Of a stretch of DNA of 64,000 nucleotides, positions 12,437 through 22,449 are shown one piece after another; within the stretch, counting starts at the first letter, position 1; the number at the start of each line of letters is the position of its first letter. The stretch is from positions 186,001-250,000 of the forward strand of contig CP060766.1 in the NCBI GenBank assembly GCA_023205875.1, written 5' to 3'. The notes under the pieces were generated by a model. The model did no database searches and was not told the DNA's origin. It saw nothing but the letters and a program-made list of their open reading frames with translations. A program made the translations under genes and the position numbers. This DNA comes from Chloropicon primus. Lineage: Eukaryota.

Positions 12437-12689
12437 CGCAAAGCAAGCAAAGATATTCTTTTTCAATCCGATTCCTTTTGTCCTCGCTCTCGAGAGATAT
12501 CTCGCGAAACCTGGGCAATATTGGTGTCGATGGAAAGAGCGCGAGACGTGCTTTCGATCGATTGACCTCCCCGCCAAACCTCTTCCCGTCCTCCCGGCGC
12601 AATCTCCTCCCCTTTTCTTGACGTTCCCCTCTTCTCCTCTTCTCCTCTTCAGCCTTATCCTGAATCAAGCGTTCCCTTTTTTGAGATTT

Positions 12690-12721
12690 CTAAAACCTAA
12701 ACCTAAATCTAAACCTAAACC
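12690..12721. repeat. Telomere-like (CCTAAA)n/(TTTAGG)n tract, ~5 units
   Basis: ctaaaa-cctaaa-cctaaa-tctaaa-cctaaa-cc. Confidence 0.75.
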
Positions 12722-13191
12722 GCCCAACCTTCTCTTCTTCCTCGGGTTCCAAAGGTTGGGCGAATCGTCAATCAAGGAGGAGAGAAGGAGAACAGAAGAC
12801 CAGGCTGTCTATTTCGTGAGCATGAGGGTTTCTCTTTCTCTTTTCCTCTCTCTTTCTCTTTCTCTTTCTCTCTCTCTCTCTCTTCTCTTTCTTGAGGATC
12901 ATGCTTTGCTTTGACCAACAACAACAGAGAGAGAGAGAGAGAGAAAGAGAATGCTACCAAGAAGAAGAGCAAACCTCTCCAAGCAACAACAACACAGAAA
13001 GGTCTTGTGTCCACACGCACAACGCACCTCTCTCTTCCTCCGTCTCTTCTCCCAATACTTATACTAAAACCAAAGTACCAAGGTTCATCCAATGGACAAG
13101 TTCTTGATGTGTAGGAATTAAAGAATTGACAAAAGAAAGAAGAAAAAGAAAGAAAGAAGAACAAGAGACAAGTGGAAAGTTTCTTCTCTCT

Positions 13192-13243
<52 letters not shown>

Positions 13244-13581
13244 TTTATCTATCTTGGACTCACTCCCTCACTCACGTTTGGTTTTTGAGACGCTTCAAGC
13301 CGTCAGCAAAGGGTCTGTATTGGCTAGACTTGAAAGAGGGACAAGTAGGACGGTGGACAAGTTGGACAACGACTTTGTAAGCGTTTGCCTTGACCAAAGG
13401 GCGACAAGGTCTGCAAACCCTGGACTAGCAGCTGCTGCTCTCTGTGTGTGTGTGGGGGGGATACATGTGCCGTGACACTCGTGCGTAGGTCAACCTAATC
13501 CCCGAGCGTTTGCGCTCTACACAGACGAGGAGTTGACTGTGAGGTTTACCGTATACCGGAGTGACCGAGTATTTTGGCACA

Positions 13582-16290
13582 ATGGAGCACGAGTATGGAA
13601 TTGGTGACGTCTTCGGGACGATTATACCGTCGTGCTCGCCCTCCGTGAACACGAGTTGCGCCGAGTCGTACTATGATAAGGGTTACGTCGTGTACGACAA
13701 GTACAAAGAGTGCTATGATTCCTGGATCATGCTTCCAGGGTTTTTGCTCTTGCCTGACGAGCTCCTGGCGTTGGTCTTCTTCTTCGTGCTCATCTACTGC
13801 TTCTTTGGAGTCGCCATCATCAGTGACATCTTTATGGAGTCCATTGACGTCATCACAGAGAAGGAGAAAGTGGTGACGAGAAAGACGGCGAATGGTGACA
13901 TCATTCAGTTTAGTGTAAAGTATTGGAATCCCACTATCGCGAACTTGACCCTCATGGCCTTGGGGTCGAGTGCGCCAGAGATTATGCTGGCCCTGATCGA
14001 GACGATCATGAGCCTGGACCAGGAGCCGGGAAAATTGGGTCCATCCACTATCGTGGGTTCCGCGGCGTTCAACTTGTTGGCGATATCATCCGTCTGCGTG
14101 TTCGCTATCCCAACGGGAGAGACCAGGTCGATAGAGGAGCTGACGGTGTTCAAGTGCACGTCCTTCTTCTCCGTTTTTGCTTACATCTGGCTCTACATCG
14201 TGTACGCCGTGTGGACGCCCGATGAGATCACCATCGTGGAGTCCGTCATCACCTTCCTGTTCTTCCCACTGATGGTGCTGCTAGCGTACCAGTGCTCAAA
14301 GTATGACAACAGGAAGGCAGCTGCTGCGAGAGCCAAGGAGAAGCTCGAGGAAACAGACACCGAGAGAGAGAAGGCTGAAGCTAAAGCGACCAAGGAGCTT
14401 AAGTTGGAGGATATTGAGGATGCCGTGTCAGGGAAGGGACAAGGGAAGAAGGCGAAGAGGAGGTCGAACGCGAGCGTCATCTCCATATCGATGGAGACTG
14501 CAGGTGGCGTGATGATGTCCGCGGACAGGTCAAGGATAGCAGCGCTGCTCAAGATGGCAGGTGATGAGAAGGTGGACACGGAGGCCGCTTCGAACAAGAT
14601 TTACATGAGTGAGGCGGTGCCTGAAGTGGGAAAGTCTTGGAACAAGCTCAAGTTCCGCATGAATGCCGTGCGTGGGCTGACGGGGCAAAGGCATCTTACT
14701 CTGGCAGAAAAGATGTCCCAAAGGTCAAAGGGGAACCAGATCCTTCCAACGGTAGAAGAGAGGGAGGAACCTTCTTCTCCCCTGGGAAAGAAGAAGGTGA
14801 AGAGAGTGTCGGCGTTCATGAAGACAAAGTACGACAAGCCGGTCTTCTTCTTCAACTCTAGCACTTACGCCGTGAAGGAGAGCGAAGGCTCGGTGAAGGT
14901 TATTGTGAGGCGCGGAGGTCCTCTGGACTCGACGTGCGCTGTGGAGTACTACACTGAAGACGGTACCGCAGAATCCCCAGCCGACTACCTTGCCGTCGAT
15001 GGAATTCTCAAGTTCAGCGCAGGACAGGAGATGGCCGAGATCGAGATCCCAATCGTGGACGACGACTTGCCAGAAGCGGACGAGAGCTTCTTTGTGTGCC
15101 TCAAGAACGCTTCCCCCGAGAATGCGTCGATCCTGCAGCAGCAAGTGGAAGTCACAATCATCGATGATGACATGCCTGGAATCTTTGCCTTCAAGCAGTC
15201 CACCTACTCTGTGACGGAGACTGCAGATGTGGTCGAGCTTGATGTGTTGAGAAAGAGAGGGTCTACTGGGGTAGTCAGTGTCAGGTACGAGACTGTTGCC
15301 GACACTGCTGTGGAGGGCAAGGAGTTCCAACACTCTGAAGGTGTTCTCACCTTTGATCAGTATGAGATCAGGAAACCTATCTCCATCACGCTTATTAATG
15401 AAGAGCAGCTTCAAGATGTCAAGCTATTCAAGGTGAAGTTAACAGATGCCCAGGGGGGTGCTACGATAAGCAAGAGGACTCATGCAGTTGTCAAGGTCAA
15501 GCCAGACGAAAGAATCGATGAGATCGCAAGAAGGCTGTCTCGACTCATGAAAGAAAAGAAGGACATCCTGAGCAGGAGGAAGGAGGAGAAGGAATGGGTT
15601 TCTGCCTGGAGGAACCAGTTCATCGAAGCCATGATCCCCTCGGGGGCCACGTACATCAACGAGAACGGAGAGGAGGAGCCTCCTTCGGCCGCGGAAGCCG
15701 TGATGCACTACATTTCGATCTCCTGGAAGCTCATTTTTGCGATTGTTCCTCCTGCTGAGCTGTACGGAGGTTGGGTAGCCTTTTTCACATCCTTGCTCTT
15801 CATCGGAGCGATCACCGCCATCGTCGCTGCATTTGCGGAGTTGTTTGGCTGCATGGTCGGCTTGAAGGACGAGATCACTGCCATCTCATTTGTGGCATTG
15901 GGCACAAGTCTGCCTGACACTTTTGCTTCCCGACAAGCTGCGCTGCAGTGCGACAACGCCGATGCAGCTATTGGCAACGTCACCGGGTCCAACAGTGTCA
16001 ATGTCTTTTTGGGTTTGGGTCTGCCCTGGCTCCTGGCTTCGGTCTATTACAATGCAAAGGGTGAAAAGTATTTGGTATCGGGAGCAGATAAGCTAGGGTT
16101 CAGTGTTGCGGTCTTTTCTATCGAAGCAGCACTAGCGATAGGCGTCTTCTTCTTGTCAAGACTGAAAAGGTTCGGAGGAGGAGAGCTTGGAGGGACTTAC
16201 AATCAAAAGCTTTACAAGGGAATCTTCTTCATTTCCTTGTGGGTCTTATATTTGATACTCTCCGGGTTGTATATCTACGAAGACATTTAA
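13582..16290 (+). CDS. NCX: Na+/Ca2+ exchanger (SLC8/NCX type) with two Calx-beta domains
   Basis: alpha-1 LMALGSSAPE and alpha-2 ALGTSLPDTFAS...NVTGSNSVNVF repeats; two Calx-beta units (YYTEDGTAESPADY...IIDDDMPG; YETVADTAVEG); start codon uncertain. Confidence 0.93.
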   Translation: MEHEYGIGDVFGTIIPSCSPSVNTSCAESYYDKGYVVYDKYKECYDSWIMLPGFLLLPDELLALVFFFVLIYCFFGVAIISDIFMESIDVITEKEKVVTRKTANGDIIQFSVKYWNPTIANLTLMALGSSAPEIMLALIETIMSLDQEPGKLGPSTIVGSAAFNLLAISSVCVFAIPTGETRSIEELTVFKCTSFFSVFAYIWLYIVYAVWTPDEITIVESVITFLFFPLMVLLAYQCSKYDNRKAAAARAKEKLEETDTEREKAEAKATKELKLEDIEDAVSGKGQGKKAKRRSNASVISISMETAGGVMMSADRSRIAALLKMAGDEKVDTEAASNKIYMSEAVPEVGKSWNKLKFRMNAVRGLTGQRHLTLAEKMSQRSKGNQILPTVEEREEPSSPLGKKKVKRVSAFMKTKYDKPVFFFNSSTYAVKESEGSVKVIVRRGGPLDSTCAVEYYTEDGTAESPADYLAVDGILKFSAGQEMAEIEIPIVDDDLPEADESFFVCLKNASPENASILQQQVEVTIIDDDMPGIFAFKQSTYSVTETADVVELDVLRKRGSTGVVSVRYETVADTAVEGKEFQHSEGVLTFDQYEIRKPISITLINEEQLQDVKLFKVKLTDAQGGATISKRTHAVVKVKPDERIDEIARRLSRLMKEKKDILSRRKEEKEWVSAWRNQFIEAMIPSGATYINENGEEEPPSAAEAVMHYISISWKLIFAIVPPAELYGGWVAFFTSLLFIGAITAIVAAFAELFGCMVGLKDEITAISFVALGTSLPDTFASRQAALQCDNADAAIGNVTGSNSVNVFLGLGLPWLLASVYYNAKGEKYLVSGADKLGFSVAVFSIEAALAIGVFFLSRLKRFGGGELGGTYNQKLYKGIFFISLWVLYLILSGLYIYEDI

Positions 16291-16445
16291 TGGGTTTTTT
16301 TTGATCGGGTAGCTCACTTTTATGAAAAGATTATATCTTACAACTTTACTTCTTTACCCTCCCGCGGTGTTGCTGGTTTCCCTGTTACTTTACAAATCAC
16401 CCCCCCCCAGCCCCACTCCTGCTGTTTACAGGCTGCCGATCCTCC

Positions 16446-18092
16446 TCAAGCCTTCGCAGCCTTGCGGGGCCTGCGTATTGCCATGAAGAGAGCGGTGAGG
16501 CCGGCGAAGGCCAGCCAAGCGTAGATGAAGACGTTCTCAATGTACAAGACGCTGAGTCCCCACAAGTGCTCAACCTCGTTTCCAAAAATGTCTTGAACCT
16601 CTGTGCTCTCCGCGTACACGGCGAAGGCCTGGGCACAGAACTGAATGACGGCCTGCGTGCTCAGCAGAATCAAGGCCACGTTGAAAAGGAAAGAGCTCAT
16701 TAGAGTGCCTCCCACTTTCATCGGGTGCACCGAGATTATCAAGAGGTTCAAGCCAAATTTTGCGCACCCCTTCACTGTGATGGCGATCAAGTAGAAGCAG
16801 AACAACGCAAAGGCGGCGGTGCCAAACAAGGGGAATGCCTTGTCGAGCTCCATGAAGAAGTCGTTCAAGAACGCGCTCTCAGGTGGATCCACAAGCATGT
16901 ACAAGGCTATGTGGACGATAAGAAGCAGGGAAAGGATAGTCGTCAAGAACCCCAAAACAAGCTGCATCCAGTACCCGAGCACCGTCATGATCCAAGCGGT
17001 CTCCGCGTTCTCTCCCTGAGGGTACACCTGGTTCAGCTTCTCGTGACCCTCTTCGAGGAGAATCAGGGACTGGTTCACTTTCTTTAGCTTCTTCCTCCAC
17101 TGCCTTGACTTTCCTTGAGTTTGCTCCTCCCTCCTCAGATCCGTTGCGACCTCCTTGATCTCTTTGGCTTTGATGGCTAGCTTCTTCGCTCGCTGCATGT
17201 ACTGCGTTTTCGTGATGGTGGCTTGGGGCCTCCTGACAAACGAGAGCAGCGAGTCGATAGGCAGCGTCACCATTCCTATGCCGGCAAAGAGGGCAAAAAG
17301 AAACCAACCGACGAGGGAGGAGAGGGCAATCACGTAAACCGGGAACGATACTCTTATCGTCCACGTCTGAGTTTCCAGGCCCACAGTCGAGGCATCGCAT
17401 ATTCCGTCGGGAGCATCTTCCCAATCAGAACCCGATGGCCTTATGCATTGAGTTGGCAACAGTCCCGTGGCGTTCAGAGGGGTTATGCCGGAGAACAGCT
17501 GCTCCACGGGGTACTCCACGAATCCGGCCAGACCATACGCGAGTCCGAGCACCAGGCCAGCCACCACGGAGGTCACCATGACCCACATCAGGGCGCTCTT
17601 CACTTTTTTGACGCCGGAGAACTCCACATCGGCCTCGTAGTAGAACGTGGCGAACGGGATGACAAAGAGGACGAGGATGCTCCCAGTCATGTACACGGTG
17701 TACCAGAGCTCCTGTGGGCCAGTGGGCATCGCCAGAAGAAGGAGGGGGTAGCGGCAGGAAAGACGAGAAACCACGAAAGTCAGACTTTGCTTCCTCCACG
17801 AGTGGGGCTCCCCCCACGCAAGCCTCCTTACCTTCATGGGCATGGCAAAATTGCAAGCACTCAGTGCGAGGTGGTCCCCACAGGCGGACCTGTTCGCGAC
17901 GTCGAGTGGGAACATGAGCACGGACATCATGGCCAAGCTCAGTCCAAAGACGACGACTATTTTTGGTACCCATGCCTGGTTTCTGTCCTCTGGGTGCTGA
18001 AAGTTTACGAGTATGTGCAGGTTTGCCCCAACGACGAGGAAACCCACGACTATAGTCACGATAATCAAGAACCAGTTGTATCCTTCCGCCAT
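16446..18092 (-). CDS. LIMR/LMBR1-family membrane protein (intron 17831-17712)
   Basis: QHPEDRNQAW, LMFPLDVAN, IPFATFYYE, HPMKVGGTLMSSFLFN; multiple TM helices. Confidence 0.9.
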   Translation of the reverse strand: MAEGYNWFLIIVTIVVGFLVVGANLHILVNFQHPEDRNQAWVPKIVVVFGLSLAMMSVLMFPLDVANRSACGDHLALSACNFAMPMKVRRLAWGEPHSWRKQSLTFVVSRLSCRYPLLLLAMPTGPQELWYTVYMTGSILVLFVIPFATFYYEADVEFSGVKKVKSALMWVMVTSVVAGLVLGLAYGLAGFVEYPVEQLFSGITPLNATGLLPTQCIRPSGSDWEDAPDGICDASTVGLETQTWTIRVSFPVYVIALSSLVGWFLFALFAGIGMVTLPIDSLLSFVRRPQATITKTQYMQRAKKLAIKAKEIKEVATDLRREEQTQGKSRQWRKKLKKVNQSLILLEEGHEKLNQVYPQGENAETAWIMTVLGYWMQLVLGFLTTILSLLLIVHIALYMLVDPPESAFLNDFFMELDKAFPLFGTAAFALFCFYLIAITVKGCAKFGLNLLIISVHPMKVGGTLMSSFLFNVALILLSTQAVIQFCAQAFAVYAESTEVQDIFGNEVEHLWGLSVLYIENVFIYAWLAFAGLTALFMAIRRPRKAAKA

Positions 18093-18524
18093 GGTGGCGA
18101 AGTGCTCGCCCGCTCACCAACCCTTCCTTTCCCCCGAGACGACAGAACACACAAAGCAGCAGCAGCAGCAGCAAAAGTTTCAGCGTTTTCGTTTTCCTCC
18201 CACAAAATCTTCAAAACTCGTCCATTCCCTTCCACCAAGGGCTCTATCGAAAGAGTATGGAACGATCTTTGAACTTGTTCTTGTCCTTTTGCCCTCCCCT
18301 TTTGTCCCTCTCCTGCATCAAGGCTCACTTACCAAGGTCTTGGCCCAGTTCTGCGCTCCAATCTTGTCCTTGGGATGAAACCACCAGCACAGAGAGAGAG
18401 AGAGAGAGAGAGATTGAGGGGCGGCGCTGGCGAAGCGAAGGAACGCTTGAAGAAAGGACGGGACGAAGGCGAGGGGAAAGGTGCACGAGGCGACGACAAG
18501 GAGGTTCATTTCATCATCATCATC

Positions 18525-19321
18525 ATGGGAACGACGAGACTCGTTTCACCCATAGCGAAGCCAATGGCGGACGACAAGCTCAACAAAAAGATATTGAAGG
18601 TAAGTTTTTCTTTCTTCTTCACGATGGGGAGGTTTGGGTTTTCTCTCTCTCTCTCTTTCGTGGCATGGAGGAGTGCGTGCGTGTGGCGGGAACACCATCT
18701 CTTCGATTGAATCCCTCCCTCCCTCCTTCCCTCCCTCCTTCCTCGTCGTCGTCGTCGTCGTCGTCGCTTGCTTTGGTCCAAGGCATCCCACTGACAAGGT
18801 TTTGGTTTTGGTTTTGTTGTTTGTGATGTTTTCGTTGCGTAGGCCGTGAAGAAGGCCGCCAAGGTGAAGGCCTTGAAGAGGGGTGTGAAGGAAGTCGTGA
18901 AGGCCGTGAGGAAGGGCTCGAAAGGGACTTGCATCATAGCGGGCGACGTGTCGCCGATAGACGTGCTTTCTCACGTCCCGGTGCTCTGCGAAGACAACGA
19001 GGTGCCATACGTCTTCGTTCCCTCGAAGGAGGTGAGGAACTGGCAGATATCCCAGCGCGCCGTCTTCTCTCTCTCTCTCTCTCTCTCTCCCCGATTCATT
19101 CGTTACCGTGTGCCCGCCTGTCAACTGACCCCTTCGCTCGTGTTTCGCCTTTCCAGGAGCTCGGAGCGGCTGGCTTGACAAAGCGCCCCACTAGCTGCAT
19201 TCTCTTGCTGCCAAAGCCTTGGAAGGAGAGCAAAGACACCGACAAGGATGACGTGAAGAAGTACGTCGAGTCCTACGACGAAATCAACAAGAAGGCTAAA
19301 GACGTTGCACTCGTCTTTTAA
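18525..19321 (+). CDS. NHP2: H/ACA snoRNP subunit 2, L7Ae family (exons 18525-18599, 18843-19031, 19157-19321)
   Basis: SPIAKPMAD, LKRGVKEVVKA, IAGDVSPIDV.SHVPVLCE, ELGAAGLTKRPTS. Confidence 0.95.
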
Positions 19322-19724
19322 GCGCTGAGACAGGATCGTCATCATCGTCGAACACACGACTGTGGGGGGTGGGGGTTGAAATAAACGCAGTGAGTAATGC
19401 ACTTGTAACATCAAAGTTAAGTCGAGTACACGTACATCCATGCTGGTGGTGGTCACCTTCCTCTGCTGGTCGATGGTCACAAGCAGTAGCACCCGCGAGC
19501 CGGCTTTTGGTTTGGAAAAATCTTATTTTCATTACACCAGCAATATATATATCCTCAGTCGCCGCCGTCCAAAGCGTGCCATCGTACAAACCCCCTAGAA
19601 AAAACGATGACCAGCTTTGGCGGTCGCAAGCCTGCCGAAAAAAAAAGTAGGCCTCGAAAAACCCACCGGAAAAAAAATATTTTGAACCACCATCATTTCG
19701 CAAACTCCGCCACTACTACGAGTT

Positions 19725-20801
19725 TCACTGCTTTCTGTCCAAGAAGGTCTGAGAGTACTCTCTCAGCAATTCCGAACCCTCTTCGAAAGAGTTGAGGACG
19801 AAGTACTTCTTCTGAAAACCGTCCTTGTAGGACATCTTTGGCTGCTTGGCCCAAGGGTCCAGCGGGGCAAACTCCGGGTTACCCGTCCTCATGTGGTCGA
19901 GCTCGCCGTAGCTGCTGAGGACTCCGGCGCCAAAGGCCTTAATCTCCTCGTCCTCCATCACGACGCCGAACTCGACGGTGTACCAGTACACCTTGGTGAG
20001 GTGCCAGATCTCCTTGTCCGTCGCGTACAAGGACGCCAAGCCGATCTGCTGCACCATGTCCGCGTAGTACTTGTTGGTCAGCATTGGTATGTGACCAATA
20101 ATCTCGTGGATCAGGTCAGGCTCCGGAGTGTAGTGAGGCTGGGACCAGTGCCTCATGTACTGAGTGGAGTGGAAGGTCTTGAACGCCAGACCGTTGAGGA
20201 AGTCTCTCGGGTGGAGGAGTCCAGCCACTGGCCTGATGGCAAACCCGCTCGTCTCCTGAAGAACTTGGTGAACGTCCTGGAGCTGGGGAACCACGTCCGG
20301 CCTGAAGTCCAGCTTGTCGATGGCATCCAGGAACTCCTTGCACGCGTGGGTCGGAAAGAGCTGCTCGAGCTCCTCCAAAGCCTTGGCCCAGGTCTCCACC
20401 TCCTCCGGCCTGTACTCCAGTCGAGGGATCTCATCCCCAGGCAAGATGTCACGGGCCAACCCGGCTATCCAGGACCTCCTCTGCTTGTAGTCCTCGTCCT
20501 TGAACCCAGGGTGGTCCTCGCTCAAGTTGTGATCGAACCCAAGGATCTTTCCATTGTCTATGTCATGGATGCTGGTCGGAATCACCCTCACCTCCTCGTT
20601 CTGCTCGTTCTCCAGCGGAGGTGCCGCCCTCGCCAGAACCTCCTGCCTCCTCGCCAGAACCTCCTGCCTCCTCGCCGCACCACCAAACCGCCTCCCGCTC
20701 TCGCTCCTCACACCACCGCAAGGATACCGGGCGAAGGACCTCGACCCCTCCACCTTTCCGCCCAACCCGACGCAACCTCTCACACCTCTGCCTCCCACCA
20801 T
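19725..20801 (-). CDS. PAH: Aromatic amino acid (phenylalanine) hydroxylase, plastid-targeted, catalytic domain only
   Basis: DHPGFKD, FHSTQYMRH, YTPEPDLIHEIIGHIPM (Fe-binding His), YWYTVEFG, KAFGAGVLSSYGEL. Confidence 0.93.
   Translation of the reverse strand: MVGGRGVRGCVGLGGKVEGSRSFARYPCGGVRSESGRRFGGAARRQEVLARRQEVLARAAPPLENEQNEEVRVIPTSIHDIDNGKILGFDHNLSEDHPGFKDEDYKQRRSWIAGLARDILPGDEIPRLEYRPEEVETWAKALEELEQLFPTHACKEFLDAIDKLDFRPDVVPQLQDVHQVLQETSGFAIRPVAGLLHPRDFLNGLAFKTFHSTQYMRHWSQPHYTPEPDLIHEIIGHIPMLTNKYYADMVQQIGLASLYATDKEIWHLTKVYWYTVEFGVVMEDEEIKAFGAGVLSSYGELDHMRTGNPEFAPLDPWAKQPKMSYKDGFQKKYFVLNSFEEGSELLREYSQTFLDRKQ
20628..20676. repeat. 21-bp in-frame tandem repeat (2.3 copies, ARRQEVL) in the PAH transit peptide
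   Basis: cctcgccagaacctcctgcct x2 plus cctcgcc. Confidence 0.9.
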
Positions 20802-21337
20802 GCCTCCCTCTCGACAAATAAAAATGCGCAACCCAACCCCAACCCCAACACCAAGCAAACCTCAATCCTCAACGAAATCCGTCGACCAAGGTATCAATCC
20901 AAAGCTCGCAAGACAAGCTTTCGCTCAACGTCGTCCCCTTTGCGTTTCCGACGCGTTTGCCGTGCACCAGGCAGCCCCAAAGCCTTGGCCGTCCTCTTTT
21001 CGTTTCTCCGCCCTCGTGTTCTGTTCTGTCTTCTGCTGACGAAGCCTCGATATTCTCCGAAAATGGCGGGAATGTAGAAAATGGGTCTTGAGTGCCTCAC
21101 GTTTTTTTGGAGTTACAACGAAAACGTGCTAAGATGGGATTCCTACTTGCTGACTTTTTTCTTGTTGTAAATAACGTCTCCCATAGAATATACCATACAA
21201 GAGAAAACCAGCGAAGACACCAAGGAGGGGGGCCAAAGGTATCCATGTCACAAGATGAGGACCAAGATGAGGACGAGGACGAGGACGAGGAGGATGGATG
21301 GAAAGGAAAGGAAAGGGTCACAACGCTAGTAACATGC

Positions 21338-21405
21338 TACTGGGCCAACGCTAATAATGCTGGGCCAACGCTAATAATACTGGGCCAACGCTAATAATAC
21401 TGGGC
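21338..21405. repeat. 20-bp minisatellite (~3.4 copies) spanning the HMG gene stop codon
   Basis: tgggccaacgctaataat[g/a]c at 21341, 21361 and 21381. Confidence 0.92.
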
Positions 21406-22449
21406 GTAAGGGTCTCTGACTTTCTCCAAGTAAGTGACCCTTTCTTCTATCGTCATGGCTTTGATCTTCAGGTACTCGTCCTTCATCAACGCTGCTTTGT
21501 TTCTGAATACCTCTTGCTCCTCGCACGTCATGGTCTTCCACTTCTCAGCTGCAACCTCGCACAATATTCTGTTGCCCTCGAACGTCTTCTGTTTGTTGTC
21601 GCAAGGCGACGATGGCGCAGTTCTGAAGTGGCGGTAGAACAGGAGGTAGGCGGTCGGGGGCCTGTGCGGTCCTTGAATGTACTTGAAGCTGAGCTTCCCT
21701 CCCCTCTCGTTGTACCTCTTCATCTCTTCCTTGTAATCCAGCTGCGCTTGGCGGGCCATCTCGACGTACTTCTCCTTTTGTCGGACATCGAGAGTTCTCC
21801 ACTTCTGCCCCGCGCATTTCGACCAGACCACCGCATCGTTCTTCTCCCCGGCCTTCTTCCTCTCTTGACAGTACTCATCTCGAAAGAAAGCAAAGCTGGA
21901 CTTGGGTTTCTTTGGCTTTCTGGGGTCTTTCTCCTTCAACTTTTTTTTCTTGACCTCCTTGCCCTTTCTAGCGGGCTTGGCCTGGCCACCAGGCAGCTGT
22001 CCGAAAGAAAGCCACGCACAAACACACACACACACACACAAGTCAGAGTCAAGTCGCCACTTTTTGTTTTTGTTTTTGTTCTTGTTCCCACGACTTACCT
22101 TTGGCTCGGGTTTCTTCTCCTTCTTCACTTCGACCTTGACTTGGGTCACAGTGATTTTGTGCTTGGCAGGGTTCTGGTTCTTGGTGCTCACTTTGGGAAG
22201 AAGAAACGGTTCGTCCAACAAGAAGCGTTCATTGTTGAACAAGAACTCGTTGAGTAACTCTGTGATACCGCACTCGCCCTCCCCCGGCTTCGCGCACCCC
22301 TTGAGCGTGCTGTCCGGCCAATGGTCGAACTCTGTGAATCCAACAAAGTCAGGCAGGGGAGAGGTATACATGGGGTGAATCCCAAAAGGTCTTTCCCACA
22401 GGTGCGTGGACGCCGGAAAGACCTCACCGGTGGAGACGCTTTCCGTCAT
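21391..22449 (-). CDS. Protein with two HMG boxes (intron 22098-21997)
   Basis: KDPRKPKKPKSSFAFF...AGQKWRTL...KEKY and PHRPPTAYLLF...AAEKWKTMT.EEQ. Confidence 0.88.
   Translation of the reverse strand: MTESVSTGEVFPASTHLWERPFGIHPMYTSPLPDFVGFTEFDHWPDSTLKGCAKPGEGECGITELLNEFLFNNERFLLDEPFLLPKVSTKNQNPAKHKITVTQVKVEVKKEKKPEPKVSRGNKNKNKNKKWRLDSDLCVCVCVCAWLSFGQLPGGQAKPARKGKEVKKKKLKEKDPRKPKKPKSSFAFFRDEYCQERKKAGEKNDAVVWSKCAGQKWRTLDVRQKEKYVEMARQAQLDYKEEMKRYNERGGKLSFKYIQGPHRPPTAYLLFYRHFRTAPSSPCDNKQKTFEGNRILCEVAAEKWKTMTCEEQEVFRNKAALMKDEYLKIKAMTIEERVTYLEKVRDPYAQYY

Noticed and set aside
21338..21405. Short repeats as a CRISPR array
   Set aside because: Head-to-tail units with no spacers, eukaryotic context, no cas genes
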